Shown: positions 17,579 through 28,445, numbered from the stretch's first letter. The stretch is 64,000 nucleotides of DNA from an uncultured delta proteobacterium (GCA_963715335.1 CAVQRZ010000019.1:32001-96000); one strand, 5' to 3'. A program made the numbers and translations. Notes: generated from the letters alone by a model not told the origin.

Positions 17579-19195
17579 TTAAAGTGCCTCAGACAACCTC
17601 GTTTCAATCAATAAGACTTCTTCATCACGGCGACGTTGATCCCAACCCAGTTCCTCTGCCATGATTTCCAGTACCCTCGGTGCCGCCCGCCGTGCTGCTT
17701 TGGTATCCAGCAAGGCCAATGGCGTGCGCCGAGCGAGAACATCGATCACCCGTTCAGCCAGTTCATGGCGAACAGCATAAACAACTTCCGCTTCCAGAAG
17801 CGGGTGATTTTTGACAAGCCTTATGCCTTGCCCTGATTCTGCTAACTCCGCAACCCGTTCCGCCTGGTCACCGTAGGTTCGATTCAGGTAGGCAGCAATG
17901 TCGGCCGCGAAGCCATATCTTTTGCTCAGTTCGAGATCGCCTTTCTCGTTATAGTCGGCACTTCCGATAATCGGTAGCTGCTCGGTCTGACAGGTCGGTC
18001 TCGGTGCTGACAAGCTGAAGCACTTTAAAGCGTGATCTACGGTATCAAGAGCCATTTTCCGATACGTGGTCCATTTGCCGCCGGCAATTGTCAGTAAGCC
18101 GCTGTCACTCTCCTCAATCACATGATCGCGGGCCAGCTTGGCAGTGTCGGCGGCAGTGGGGTCGGACACCAGCGGTCTCAGTCCTGACCAGGCGGCCTTG
18201 ATATCTGATTTTTTGACCTTCAGGTTAAAGTAACGGGTGACGTGACGCAGCAGGTAGTCAATCTCAGTTTCAAGCGGCCGGGGGTGATCGGTCACCTCTG
18301 CAGGTTCGTCAGTCGTGCCGACCAAGGCATGACCTTCCCAGGGCAGGACAAATAGAACCCGGCCATCTTCGGTTTTTGGAATCATCAGACCCGTATCGGG
18401 TGGAGCGAAGCGTTTATCCAGCACGAGGTGAATTCCGGTGCTGGCAGAAAGAATTTTTGCTGCTGCGGGGTTGTCCATCATTCTTATTTGATCGACAAAT
18501 GGGCCGGTGGCATTGATTACGCCCTTGGCCTTTAACGGCCAGGATTCCCCGGTCAAAGAATCGGTCAGCGCCGCTCCGGTAATTTTCATGCTCTCTTTGC
18601 ATAACCCGGAAACGGCAACATGATTGGCAATTGTCGCCCCATGCTGTTCTGCCGTTAACGCCAGGGACAAGGCCATGCGGGCATCGTGGAACTGGCCATC
18701 GTAGTAGAGCACTCCGGCCTTGAGCCCTTCGGCTTTCAACTTTGGGAAGCGCCGCAAGGCCTCCCTGCGGCTCAACAGGCGGCTGTGGCCGATATTCTGC
18801 TTTCCGGAGAGGAGGTCGTAGAGTTTGAGGCCCGAAAAAACATAAGGCACGTCGAGCCATTTGTAGAGCGGCGTGATCAGGGGCAACCGGTTGGACAGGT
18901 GCTGTGCGTTTTTTAGCAGGAGGCCACGTTCGCGAAGGCCATCCTTGACCAGGTGGTACTGCACCCGGTCCAGTTTTTTTACGGCCATCTCCAGGTAGCG
19001 GACACCGCCGTGAACCAACTTGGTGCTGCGACTGCTGGTGCCTTCGGAAAAGTCGTTTTTCTCAACCAGCGCAACGTCCAGGCCACGGCTTGCCGCGTCA
19101 AGAGCGACCCCGCAGCCCGTCGCGCCACCACCGATGACGAGCAGGTCAAACGTGCGGCCATCTTTCAATTGCTGTAAGCGTTGATGCCTTGCCAT
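17579..19195 (-). CDS. glpD: FAD-dependent glycerol-3-phosphate dehydrogenase
   Basis: DLLVIGGGATGCG, GTSSRSTKLVHGGVRYL, GTTD, GLRPL, GGKWTTYR. Confidence 0.95.
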   Translation of the reverse strand: MARHQRLQQLKDGRTFDLLVIGGGATGCGVALDAASRGLDVALVEKNDFSEGTSSRSTKLVHGGVRYLEMAVKKLDRVQYHLVKDGLRERGLLLKNAQHLSNRLPLITPLYKWLDVPYVFSGLKLYDLLSGKQNIGHSRLLSRREALRRFPKLKAEGLKAGVLYYDGQFHDARMALSLALTAEQHGATIANHVAVSGLCKESMKITGAALTDSLTGESWPLKAKGVINATGPFVDQIRMMDNPAAAKILSASTGIHLVLDKRFAPPDTGLMIPKTEDGRVLFVLPWEGHALVGTTDEPAEVTDHPRPLETEIDYLLRHVTRYFNLKVKKSDIKAAWSGLRPLVSDPTAADTAKLARDHVIEESDSGLLTIAGGKWTTYRKMALDTVDHALKCFSLSAPRPTCQTEQLPIIGSADYNEKGDLELSKRYGFAADIAAYLNRTYGDQAERVAELAESGQGIRLVKNHPLLEAEVVYAVRHELAERVIDVLARRTPLALLDTKAARRAAPRVLEIMAEELGWDQRRRDEEVLLIETRLSEAL

Positions 19196-19454
19196 GCTTG
19201 CCTCCCCACGGCAGAGATCCCTGCGGTCAACCGATATCCTCATATGCAAGATTGCAAAAACTTTACCCCGGTTTGCAAGTAACGTTTAAGGCCCTCTGAC
19301 GCCCAAAGCTCCTGCCGTTGGCACCCTTGGCTTGCTGTCCCCGCGACAATCCTTGTGCGATCTGAGAATCTCCGGGACACTGCTTGCAGCGGGGTCTCCG
19401 GGGTCTCGTGAATTCAACCGGGCAGTTTTTCAAAAACAGATTCTGAATCCCCGC

Positions 19455-20753
19455 TTATATGTCGCGGCCCGGTCGCCAGGCGGCAATGACCTTTTCGACA
19501 GCCTTGCGGTCAGGTGTGCGATAAGGGCCGACGATCGCCCCGCGCAGGTTGTTCGGCGTCAGAAGTTCTCTGATGGTTTGCTGTAGTCCCGAGGCCGTTG
19601 CCTTGTCGATGCCGGCGTGATCGTCGGCAATGGTGCGGCGGCAGTCGGCGAGTTCGCCCCATGCATAGCGCAGGGCCATTTCATCGACCTGGTCGCGTGA
19701 GTAATCAAGTTCACAGCGGTAACAGTTGAGGACGTGATCAAGTTCATCCTGAGTGACTTCAGTGGTGTGCAGTTCCGTCAGGATGTCGAGGATGGCTATG
19801 GTTGCCTGTTCCAGATTCTCCTGGGACACGGCGAGGTCAATCGCCAGTATACCGGCATCGGCATAGAGCCCGAGTGAGGCATCAACGGCATAGGTCAGCC
19901 CCAACTCCTCGCGCAGACGCAGCATCAGGCGGCTCATTCCTCCCCAACCGAGCACCCGCCTCAAGATCCGCAGGTTGACAGCATGCTCGCTGTTACGACC
20001 AGGCAGCAGGAAGGCTAGTTGTACGCTGATTTGAGAGCCGGCGTCACGGACCCAGCGCAGGGACGTGCCTGCGTCTGCGAGGCTGGCCCATGCCTTTGGT
20101 TGTGGAGCGGCGGCCCCCTGCCAGCGGCCAAAGTGCTGCTGTGCCGCGGCAACGACCTGCCGGTGCTCGACCGGGCCAGCCACGGCCAACACCGCATTGT
20201 GTGGAGTGTAGTAGGCAGCATGATGACGCTGCAGTTGTCGAAGGGTCAGTCGTGCTATCGCAGCCCGATTGCCGACCGTTGGCTGGCCGAGAGGATGCCC
20301 CGGAAAAAGCAGACCGGCAATGATGTTGTCAGAGTTGATCTGACGGCCGGTCTCGTTGAGATCGCCCATCGCCTCCTCGAGAATCACCCGGCGCTCCATC
20401 TCCAAATCGTTGAACAGAGGCCGCTGCATCATCGAGGCGAAAATGGCAATCCCCCGGTCGATATGCTCAGGATGGATGCGGGAGTGGAAGCAGGTGGTTT
20501 CGCAGTCGGTCGCGGCGTTGGCTGAACCGCCGATTGCTTCAAAGGCGCGCTCCAGGGCCAGTCCGGTGGGATACTCCTGCGTCCCTTTGAAGAGCATATG
20601 CTCGAGAAAGTGTGATACCCCTGCCTTGCGCTGATTCTCGTGGCGGCTGCCGACACCGATATAGATCAGGATCTCGGTGCTGTGATGATGGGGCATCGGC
20701 ACGCTGATGACGCGCAGGCCGTTCGAGAGGGTGTCGCGGAGGTATTCAGTCAT
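19455..20753 (-). CDS. M16 (pitrilysin) family zinc metallopeptidase
   Basis: Inverted zinc motif HFLEH, GGSANAAT, ERRVILEE, SRLMLRLREELGLTY. Confidence 0.93.
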   Translation of the reverse strand: MTEYLRDTLSNGLRVISVPMPHHHSTEILIYIGVGSRHENQRKAGVSHFLEHMLFKGTQEYPTGLALERAFEAIGGSANAATDCETTCFHSRIHPEHIDRGIAIFASMMQRPLFNDLEMERRVILEEAMGDLNETGRQINSDNIIAGLLFPGHPLGQPTVGNRAAIARLTLRQLQRHHAAYYTPHNAVLAVAGPVEHRQVVAAAQQHFGRWQGAAAPQPKAWASLADAGTSLRWVRDAGSQISVQLAFLLPGRNSEHAVNLRILRRVLGWGGMSRLMLRLREELGLTYAVDASLGLYADAGILAIDLAVSQENLEQATIAILDILTELHTTEVTQDELDHVLNCYRCELDYSRDQVDEMALRYAWGELADCRRTIADDHAGIDKATASGLQQTIRELLTPNNLRGAIVGPYRTPDRKAVEKVIAAWRPGRDI

Positions 20754-20758
20754 AGGAT

Positions 20759-20831
20759 CGAGGTGCGAGGCGTGAAGCGCGAGGGGCGATAAAGTCAGGA
20801 GACGTTTATCGCCCCTCGCTTTTTCGCATCT
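20759..20831. repeat. Heptamer-periodic inverted repeat between hemB and the M16 peptidase
   Basis: CGAGGTG CGAGGCG TGAAGCG CGAGGGG units; perfect 15-bp stem 20779-20793 / 20805-20819. Confidence 0.75.
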
Positions 20832-20832
20832 C

Positions 20833-21804
20833 CTACTTTAGCAGCCTGGCGGCTTCCTTGGCGTGGTAGGTAATGATCAGGTCAGCGCCGGCACGTTTCA
20901 TGCCGACCAGGGTTTCCATCATCACGCGGTCGCCGTCGATCCAGTCTTTTGCCGCGGCGGCCTTGATCATCGAATATTCACCGGACACATTGTAGGCGAC
21001 CAGCGGCAGGTTATAGCGTTCCTTGAGGTCGCGCAGGATGTCCAGGTAAGCCAGAGCCGGTTTGACCATCAGAAAGTCAGCACACTCCTGGATGTCGAGT
21101 TCTGCCTCGCGGAAGGCCTCGATGCGGTTGGCCGGATCCATCTGATAGCTGCGACGATCGCCGAACTGCGGTGTCGATTCAGCGGCATCGCGAAACGGAC
21201 CGTAGTAGGCGCTGGCGTATTTTACCGCGTAGCTCATGACCGGGATGTGCGAGAAGCCGTTGGCGTCCAGAACTTCACGGATCGCTGCAACACGGCCGTC
21301 CATCATGTCCGACGGTGCGACGATGTCGGCACCGGCGCGGGCGTGCGAGAGCGCTTCGGCCGCAAGCAGTTTGAGGGTCTCATCGTTGTCGACATCGCCA
21401 TCCTTGATCACACCGCAATGGCCATGGTCAGTGTATTCGCACATGCAGACATCAGTGATCACCAGCAGTTTCGGCACCTCGGCCTTGATGGCGCGGATCG
21501 TTTCCTGGATGATGCCGTTTTCCGCGTAGGCATCCTGGCCAAAAGCGTCCTTCTCTTCGGGGATGCCGAACAGGATCACTGCCGGGATGCCAAGCTGATA
21601 AACTTCTCTGGCCTCGGTAACGATGTGTTCAATCGACTGCTGGTAAATCCCCGGCATCGACACGATCTCTTTCCGGATATTCTCACCGAAGGCTGAAAAC
21701 ATCGGATAGATCAGGTCTTCGGGACGCAGGAAGGTTTCACGGACCATACTGCGCAGAGCTTCATTGCGGCGCAGGCGGCGGGCACGGTATTCGGGGAAGA
21801 ACAT
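20833..21804 (-). CDS. hemB: Porphobilinogen synthase (ALA dehydratase)
   Basis: [14 protein letters not shown] zinc site, [29 protein letters not shown] 21804 after GGAGG. Confidence 0.97.
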   Translation of the reverse strand: MFFPEYRARRLRRNEALRSMVRETFLRPEDLIYPMFSAFGENIRKEIVSMPGIYQQSIEHIVTEAREVYQLGIPAVILFGIPEEKDAFGQDAYAENGIIQETIRAIKAEVPKLLVITDVCMCEYTDHGHCGVIKDGDVDNDETLKLLAAEALSHARAGADIVAPSDMMDGRVAAIREVLDANGFSHIPVMSYAVKYASAYYGPFRDAAESTPQFGDRRSYQMDPANRIEAFREAELDIQECADFLMVKPALAYLDILRDLKERYNLPLVAYNVSGEYSMIKAAAAKDWIDGDRVMMETLVGMKRAGADLIITYHAKEAARLLK

Positions 21805-21825
21805 TTTCAAACCTCCGGTTTGTCA

Positions 21826-21857
21826 GAGGCGCGTGGCGCGTGGCGCGAGGCGCGTGG
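21826..21857. repeat. Tandem 7-bp repeat (GWGGCGC x4.5) between hemD and hemB
   Basis: gaggcgc gtggcgc gtggcgc gaggcgc gtgg. Confidence 0.8.
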
Positions 21858-21874
21858 AAAAGCAGAAGATATGG

Positions 21875-22675
21875 CTACTGCGCGAAGTGACGGACGATGG
21901 CTTTAACCATATCATCAAGTGTCGAGTTGTCAGGCTCAATGACGACGTTGAAGCCGTGCTTTTTCGCTGTTGCCGTTGTCAGGGGGCCGATCGATGCGAC
22001 CGGAACCTGCCTGGCTAAAGCCAAACTGTCTGCATCAAGCAGGCCGGTAAAATTATCGACCGTGGATGATGCGGTGAACGTCAGCAGGTCAAGCCCTTCG
22101 GCAAGCGCCTGGCTGAGTTTGTCCTGCGCGTCTGCCGGTGGGGCGCTGGCATAAGCGATCGGGGCAATGACTTCGGCGCCGGCTTTAGCCAGTTCTGCAG
22201 GGATCAGTTCCCGGGCCAATGCCGCCCTGGGGTAGAGCACCCGTTTGCCGGAAACCCGTTCTTTGAGCAAGGCGACAAGTCCTTCTGCACGATAATCGTC
22301 GGGAACCAGGTCAGCTTGAAAGCCATACGCCAACAAGGCCTCGGCGCTTTTCGGGCCGACGGCAACGATTTGTACCTTGTCCAGATGCGCGGTGTCATGC
22401 CCCAGTGTCGTCAGGCGATTGAAAAAAAACTCCACCGCGTTGACGGAGGTGAGTACCAGGTAGTCGATTTCACCGAGACCGGTGATGGCCTGGTCGAGCT
22501 CTGCATACGACGCCGGTGCGATGATCTGAATCGTCGGTACCACAACCGGCTCGGCTCCGCAGGCTGCCAGAGCGTCACGCAAAGCCGGGGCCTGGTCTGA
22601 TGCGCGGGTAACCAGAATCCTGCGGCCATGCAGTGGCCGGGGCCCTGGTGTCTGGCCTTTCACTGGTTCTGTCAT
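21875..22675 (-). CDS. hemD: Uroporphyrinogen-III synthase
   Basis: LHGRRILVTR, LTSVNAV, VGPKSA, FTASSTV, IGPLT; start taken at MTEPVKG. Confidence 0.93.
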   Translation of the reverse strand: MTEPVKGQTPGPRPLHGRRILVTRASDQAPALRDALAACGAEPVVVPTIQIIAPASYAELDQAITGLGEIDYLVLTSVNAVEFFFNRLTTLGHDTAHLDKVQIVAVGPKSAEALLAYGFQADLVPDDYRAEGLVALLKERVSGKRVLYPRAALARELIPAELAKAGAEVIAPIAYASAPPADAQDKLSQALAEGLDLLTFTASSTVDNFTGLLDADSLALARQVPVASIGPLTTATAKKHGFNVVIEPDNSTLDDMVKAIVRHFAQ

Positions 22676-22745
22676 GCGGGACCGTGAAGGGTTAGATGGA
22701 AAACATGAAAATAGGCTTTCGCTCTTTCCTTGCCACAGTTCACAA

Positions 22746-23708
22746 TCAAACGTCTTCCTTGCCGACGTTGAACGTTTCGTGCTGGTAGACTTCGTTGAGG
22801 ATCTTGCCGGCGCCCAGGATAAGCAGGTCATCGCCAAGCGAAGCGCCGATTTTTTCCGCGTCGTGAACGGATCCGGTAGAAGTTTTTTTCAGGCAGCGGA
22901 CGCCTTCGCAGTCGGAGACGAAACCGGTCAGTGACAGGGCCTCGTTTTCAACCGTGCCGTGGCAGGCAATCGGCACCTGGCAGCCGCCTTCGAGGCGCTT
23001 GAGGAAGGCGCGTTCAGCGCGGACCGCCCAATCTGTCTGAGGGTGGTTGAAAAAATCTATCAGGCTGTTGATCTCGTCATCGTCGATGCGGCTCTCGATG
23101 CCGAGGGCGCCCTGGCCGATCGCCGGGATCGAAACATAGACCGGGAGGTATTCACTGATCTGCTTGGTAAAGCCGAGGCGATGCATGCCGGCGGCAGCAA
23201 GGATCACTGCGTCAAGATTGTCTTCGGTCAGTTTGCGAATCCGGGTTTCAACATTGCCGCGGATATCGACCATCTGCAGGTCGGGGCGCAGGTGTAGAAG
23301 CTGGGCCTTGCGGCGCAGGGCACTGGTACCGATGCGTGCTCCCTGGTGGAGGTTCTTCCAGGAGCTGACGCCGGGGCGCAGGATGACAATGTCGCGACAG
23401 TCTTCACGCTTGGTGATGCAGCGCAGCGCCAGACCCTCGGGAAAGATGGTTGGTACGTCTTTCATCGAATGCACGGCGATATCGATCTCGCCACGCAACA
23501 TAGCCTCTTCGATTTCCTTGACGAAAAGGCCCTTGCCGCCAACCATGGCCAACGGAACATCCAGGATCTTGTCCCCCTGGGTCTTGATCTTGGTCAGGGT
23601 GACCTCCATGCCAGGGTAGCGTTTTTCCAGCTCCGATTTGACCCAGTTGGCTTGCCACAGGGCTAATTGGCTGGCACGGGTGCCGATACGCAGTAGCTTC
23701 TTGGACAT
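22746..23708 (-). CDS. hemC: Hydroxymethylbilane synthase
   Basis: IGTRASQLALWQ, GKGLFVKEIE, VHSMKD, IRGNVETR, LEGGCQVPI. Confidence 0.98.
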   Translation of the reverse strand: MSKKLLRIGTRASQLALWQANWVKSELEKRYPGMEVTLTKIKTQGDKILDVPLAMVGGKGLFVKEIEEAMLRGEIDIAVHSMKDVPTIFPEGLALRCITKREDCRDIVILRPGVSSWKNLHQGARIGTSALRRKAQLLHLRPDLQMVDIRGNVETRIRKLTEDNLDAVILAAAGMHRLGFTKQISEYLPVYVSIPAIGQGALGIESRIDDDEINSLIDFFNHPQTDWAVRAERAFLKRLEGGCQVPIACHGTVENEALSLTGFVSDCEGVRCLKKTSTGSVHDAEKIGASLGDDLLILGAGKILNEVYQHETFNVGKEDV

Positions 23709-23719
23709 CTATGAACTCC

Positions 23720-25039
23720 TTATTGTTCCTGGCCGGGGTCATCCAGGGTTTTGATTTCCTTGTCATCGTCCGCCGGGACGGGCAGGTCAAAGAGAGTCCG
23801 AACGGCATCTACGTAGTCATCACCGCTGGTGTCGTTCTGACTCGATTTTAGGACGCTTGTCGGCTGATGCAGGATCTTGTTGATAATGGCATTGGCCATT
23901 GCCTCGATGCTCTTGCGGTCCTTGTCGGACAGATTCTTCAGATTGCCGAAGGTCTTGTCCAGTTCCTGCTGACGGATCTCCTCGAATTTGCGCCGCAGGG
24001 CAATGATTGTGGGCTTGACTTCGAGGTTTGCCAGCCACTGGTGGAATTGACCTATCTCCTGATCGACAATCGCCTCGGCCTTGCCGGCCTCTTTCTTGCG
24101 CTCTTTCAGGTTGGCCTGGACCACCCCCTGAAGATCATCGACATCATAGAGGTAGGCGTTGTCAAGGTTGTTGACCTTCGGATCGATATCGCGGGGGACG
24201 GCGATGTCGATCAAAAACATCGGCCGGTTCTTGCGGCGCTTCAGGACTTCTTCCATCTGGCGCTGGCCGAGAATAAAGTTCGGGGCACCGGTGGAGGTCA
24301 GGACGATGTCGGCTTCGGCCAGGTGCTCGACAAAATATTCAAAGGGTACGGCCTTGCCATGAAATTCGGCGGCCAGTTTCTCCGCTCGTTCGAAAGTCCG
24401 ATTGGTGACCAGGACCTTGGAGACGCCATTGGTGACGAAGTGGCGTGCCGCCAGTTCACACATTTCACCGGCGCCGATGATCATGACCACCTTGTTGTCA
24501 AGTTGGTCAAAAATCTTGCGTGCCAGTTCAACCGCTGCGAAAGAAACCGAGACGGCATTGCTGGCAATGGCGGTTTCGGTGCGGACGCGTTTTGCAACGG
24601 AGAAGGCCTTGTGCAGGAAGCGGTTGAGGATCAGGCCTGCGGTCTTGAATTCGGCGGCGTAGCCGTAGGCGGTTTTGATCTGACCGAGAATCTGCGGTTC
24701 GCCGAGAACCATCGAGTCGAGACTTGAGGCAACCCGGAAGAGGTGCCTGATGGCATCCTCACCCTGGTAATCGTACATGTGCTCGTCTATCTCGCCGGGC
24801 GGTATCTCGTGATACTCGGCAAGGAACCGGCGCATGGCGGCCATGGCCGCGTCGGGCTCCTTGGTCGCGGCGCAAAGCTCGACCCGGTTGCAGGTCGATA
24901 CGATCAAGCCTTCGGCAACAGGGGGCAGTTCCAGCAGCTTCCGCAGCGGTCGCTCCATGGCGGTCGGTGCGAAGGCGAGTCGTTCACGAATTTCAACCGG
25001 CGCTGTTTTGTGGCTCAGCCCGACGATGACAATGTGCAT
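23720..25039 (-). CDS. hemA: Glutamyl-tRNA reductase
   Basis: [44 protein letters not shown]. Confidence 0.98.
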   Translation of the reverse strand: MHIVIVGLSHKTAPVEIRERLAFAPTAMERPLRKLLELPPVAEGLIVSTCNRVELCAATKEPDAAMAAMRRFLAEYHEIPPGEIDEHMYDYQGEDAIRHLFRVASSLDSMVLGEPQILGQIKTAYGYAAEFKTAGLILNRFLHKAFSVAKRVRTETAIASNAVSVSFAAVELARKIFDQLDNKVVMIIGAGEMCELAARHFVTNGVSKVLVTNRTFERAEKLAAEFHGKAVPFEYFVEHLAEADIVLTSTGAPNFILGQRQMEEVLKRRKNRPMFLIDIAVPRDIDPKVNNLDNAYLYDVDDLQGVVQANLKERKKEAGKAEAIVDQEIGQFHQWLANLEVKPTIIALRRKFEEIRQQELDKTFGNLKNLSDKDRKSIEAMANAIINKILHQPTSVLKSSQNDTSGDDYVDAVRTLFDLPVPADDDKEIKTLDDPGQEQ

Positions 25040-25060
25040 GGCGTGCTCCTTTTCTCTCCG

Positions 25061-25897
25061 CTACTGCCCCGTAAAGTTACGGAAACTGTGCTCTCCGGAG
25101 AGGAGCAGGTTGACGCCAAAGAAGGTGAAGAGGAGGAAGCCGAAGCCGACGATGGCAAAGATCGCCGCACGCCGACCGCGCCAGCCGACTGTAAGCCTGC
25201 CATGCAGCAACGCGGCATAGAGAAACCAGCTGATCAATGCCCAGGTTTCCTTCGGGTCCCATCGCCAGTAACCGCCCCAGGCTGAATTGGCCCAGATCGC
25301 ACCGGAGATAATCCCCATGGTCATCATCGGGAAGCCAAAGGTCAGGCATTTGTAGTTAATACTGTCAAGGGTGTCGAGAGAAGGCAGGCGATAGAAGAGC
25401 CCGGAGAACTTTTTGCTTTTCAGCATGCGTTCCTGCAACAGGTACATGACTCCGGCTGCCGCGGCAATGGCGAAGATTGCGTGCCCGAGGAAGGCCAGGG
25501 TGACATGTACGGGAAACCACCAGCTGTCGAGCATCGGGTTGATTGCAGGGGCCTGTGCAGAAGTTGTCGTGCCGATAATCATCAGGACCAGCGCCACAGG
25601 AGTTATAAATGCCCCGAGCATTGCGGTACGATAGCGCAGGTAGAAGATCAGGTAGCTGCCGACCAGTGCCCAGGCGAAAAACGATAGTGATTCATGAAGA
25701 CTGGCAACGGGGATGGTCCCGGTGGAGATGCCACGAACGGCCAGAGTGAGGCAATGCAGGATAAAACCGCCTATCAGCAGGTAGACGGCGTTCTGACGGA
25801 AGCGCTCCTTGCGTGAAATCACGCCGATCAGGTAGAAGATGGTGGCGACGAAATAGATCAGAAGAGTGATTTTAAACAGCAGGATATTTACTGTCAT
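25061..25897 (-). CDS. ccsA: Cytochrome c biogenesis protein CcsA/CcsB (HemX-like, heading the hem operon)
   Basis: Polytopic membrane protein with the WWD domain GAIWANSAWGGYWRWDPKETW and conserved His residues. Confidence 0.92.
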   Translation of the reverse strand: MTVNILLFKITLLIYFVATIFYLIGVISRKERFRQNAVYLLIGGFILHCLTLAVRGISTGTIPVASLHESLSFFAWALVGSYLIFYLRYRTAMLGAFITPVALVLMIIGTTTSAQAPAINPMLDSWWFPVHVTLAFLGHAIFAIAAAAGVMYLLQERMLKSKKFSGLFYRLPSLDTLDSINYKCLTFGFPMMTMGIISGAIWANSAWGGYWRWDPKETWALISWFLYAALLHGRLTVGWRGRRAAIFAIVGFGFLLFTFFGVNLLLSGEHSFRNFTGQ

Positions 25898-26233
25898 GAT
25901 GAAACATCTCGCAGTGTCAGGCCCAAACCTTCGGGGGGAATAACTTCGTCGTGAGTCAGGGCCAGCATAATATTGATAAACGCGTCCGGGCAGCGACTAC
26001 AATTCAATCGGATCTGTTTCGATAATCTCATCCAAAACTTTTTAATAGTACGTTTTTTCCAGCTTCCCTGTCAATTCTCTTGTCCGCAATCCATCCGGAA
26101 TCTCCGCGGGTCTGGACCTTTTCGGTCCGGAGTTGCCCGTCGGTTTATGCCACAGTGGTCTCGAGCGTGACTGAACAGCGGAGGGACACGGTCGGTCAGC
26201 TCAAAGCGGGCAAGGACGTCTCTTCCGATAACC

Positions 26234-26809
26234 TCAGATGCCGAAGAGCTCGCCTTCGACCAACGTGCAGAGCAGGTTGCCGATGAACAGGACATTCTCC
26301 TGCAGTCGTGGTAGCGAGTCACTGGGCAGTGAGAGGTTGATGTCCGGCAGGCTGTCAGCCAGTTCTACCTGTTCGCTGGCAATCAGGATTGTACGGCAGC
26401 CAAGCTGCCTGGCTGTACCGAGTGCCTCGCGATCTGCCGGGCTGAGATGGGTCCCCGCAAGGGTCAGGACTGTATCCTGGTTACAGGCCAGGGCACGCAG
26501 TTGACGGCTGAAAAGCTGGTTGCCCTGTTCGTCTCCGGCAAGAAAGGTCGCCAGGCCGGCGTCATTGGTCAGGGCAATTGCCGGCAGGGCCGGCCGTTCC
26601 AGGGTCTGCCGGTGAAGAAAGGACTGGCCAATCAGCCCGGCGATTGAACCGAACGGACCGCTGCCGACCAGAAACAGCCTGCCGCCCTGGTGAAAGGTCG
26701 ACACCAGGTGGTCAGCCAAAGTCTTCAGAACTGCTCTCTGGGTGAGGAGAAAAGGATCGAGCAGGGCGATGTGCTGAGCTACGGCGGTACTGATTTTATC
26801 CTGAGCCAT
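26234..26809 (-). CDS. SIS-domain protein, degenerate GmhA/DiaA-like
   Basis: ERPALPAIALTND, FSRQLRAL, D..LSLPS...PRLQE; GmhA catalytic motifs are altered. Confidence 0.8.
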   Translation of the reverse strand: MAQDKISTAVAQHIALLDPFLLTQRAVLKTLADHLVSTFHQGGRLFLVGSGPFGSIAGLIGQSFLHRQTLERPALPAIALTNDAGLATFLAGDEQGNQLFSRQLRALACNQDTVLTLAGTHLSPADREALGTARQLGCRTILIASEQVELADSLPDINLSLPSDSLPRLQENVLFIGNLLCTLVEGELFGI

Positions 26810-27050
26810 ACTTGCCTCGCGATTTCCTGTCCCAACAAATTCATGGTGGCAGGGCGGCCCGGTCACCTCCTGTCGGTCAAGAACTCATTCAGGAATTTGA
26901 TTTGGCTCATCTTAGGGAGAGGTGTCATAACTGTCAAGGGTTGCAATTTTCCGTGTTGCCGGAAGGATAATCCCTTGATTTTTTGTGCGGGTGGACTATT
27001 ATAAAAGTCGAATGTATTCGGCAGGATCAAATTGTTAAGGAGAGTGTCTT

Positions 27051-27380
27051 ATGGCAAGTGATAAAGTCGTCCAGGTGACGGATGATTCTTTTGAGAGTGA
27101 AGTCAACCAATCCTCAATTCCCGTGCTTGTTGATTTCTGGGCGTCGTGGTGTGCTCCGTGCAAGGCGATCAGCCCGATCGTCGACCAGCTGGCAGACGAA
27201 TTCGATGGGCAGGTCAAAATCTGCAAGTTGAATGTGGATGAAAACCCTGCGACACCAGGCCAGTTCGGCGTGCGCGGCATCCCGACCCTGATTGTTTTCA
27301 AGGACGGCAAGGTCTTCGACCAGGTGGTCGGCGCGGTACCGAAAAACCAGTTGGAAGGGTTATTGAAGAAGGCGCTGTAA
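27051..27380 (+). CDS. trxA: Thioredoxin
   Basis: VDFWASWCAPCK, VRGIPTL. Confidence 0.97.
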   Translation: MASDKVVQVTDDSFESEVNQSSIPVLVDFWASWCAPCKAISPIVDQLADEFDGQVKICKLNVDENPATPGQFGVRGIPTLIVFKDGKVFDQVVGAVPKNQLEGLLKKAL

Positions 27381-27400
27381 ACAGGCCATCTTTAGAGATT

Positions 27401-27434
27401 AAAAAAGGTCCGGCAATTTTGCCGGGCCTTTTTT
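27401..27434. terminator. Bidirectional intrinsic terminator
   Basis: A6-GGTCCGGCAA/TTGCCGGGCC-T6 between convergent genes. Confidence 0.85.
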
Positions 27435-27444
27435 GTTCGTCACG

Positions 27445-27945
27445 TCACGGGGCATCTGCCGGGATTCCCGCGAGAATCCCTCTGATTTCGTCGCGGTCCC
27501 GTTTACTGAGAGGGCTGTTTTGTAACTCTTTCAGCATATCCTTTTTCTCTGCATTGATGATTGCCATATCCTTCATGGCCTTGCGTTTGTTCGCCAGGAA
27601 GTTTTCACGTCTGCGCCGCGACAGGGCGTCGTCGTAGCTATTGACCAGCGCTGTGGCCCGCTCCACCCATGATTCAGGCGGAGTCCCGGTCGCTGCCTCG
27701 CGCTCAGCCTCCCGGTCAGCTGCAATAGATTGGTCCGGGGGCGATCTGCGTGGGGTGTCCTGCTGGACCGAAAGGTATTCTGTTGCCGAATCTTCCTTCA
27801 TGGGCTGGCATGCGTCCGACAAGTTCACAGGCTTGTCACCATAAATGATGCGACCGTCCGCGAGCACACAACGATACACTTCGGCACCGGCCGTTGACTG
27901 TATTGCCAATAACAGTACGAGGCTTATCCAGGCCTTGCTGCTCAT
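27445..27945 (-). CDS. DUF4124-like secreted protein
   Basis: Signal peptide followed by AEVYRCVLADGRIIYGDKP. Confidence 0.75.
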   Translation of the reverse strand: MSSKAWISLVLLLAIQSTAGAEVYRCVLADGRIIYGDKPVNLSDACQPMKEDSATEYLSVQQDTPRRSPPDQSIAADREAEREAATGTPPESWVERATALVNSYDDALSRRRRENFLANKRKAMKDMAIINAEKKDMLKELQNSPLSKRDRDEIRGILAGIPADAP

Positions 27946-28445
27946 AATTGCTCCTGTGCCTTGCGCAGCTGCCGGAAAATTTCCCGGGCCGCTTTTTTAT
28001 CGGCATGCTCTTGTGCCGAGCGGGCCAGCCGCGTGATTTTCCGGTGATCGATCAAGGGGTAGCTGCTGCGAATTTCCGCCAGAGCCTCATCGAAGGTGTT
28101 TTTGCTACAGAGACGGTCCCGCAGCTCCTCGAGGTGATGAAAGGCGAGAGTCTCCCGGCGCTGGCCGACGGTCTGTCCTTCCAGGGCGGTTTCAATCGCC
28201 TCACGCTGGCCATCATGGCTGCGCAGGAAACCGGCCAGATGCTTGATCTGGCGTTTGCGTGAACTGTGACCGCGGGTTGTGCGGGCCAGCTCTATTTGCC
28301 GGGTCAACTCCGGCTCCTGTGGGAGTCTCGACAGCTCTGGTCCCGGCAGGTCGGCAAGCCTCTGCGCCAGCTGTTCAACGGCTTTGGCCGCGCGTTTTTT
28401 CGCGCTTCGGCCGCGCCCTTCCTGAACGAGTTCGGTCTCTTCCAT
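27942..28445 (-). CDS. darP: Ribosome biogenesis factor YjgA/DarP (DUF615)
   Basis: RSAKKR, RKRQIKHLA..LR, FHHLEELRDRL, AREIFRQL. Confidence 0.88.
   Translation of the reverse strand: MEETELVQEGRGRSAKKRAAKAVEQLAQRLADLPGPELSRLPQEPELTRQIELARTTRGHSSRKRQIKHLAGFLRSHDGQREAIETALEGQTVGQRRETLAFHHLEELRDRLCSKNTFDEALAEIRSSYPLIDHRKITRLARSAQEHADKKAAREIFRQLRKAQEQL

Noticed and set aside
25898..26233. Hairpin CTGGACC/GGTCCGG and short ORFs upstream of ccsA-hemA
   Set aside because: A single modest stem, compatible with a terminator or chance; the ORFs lack support
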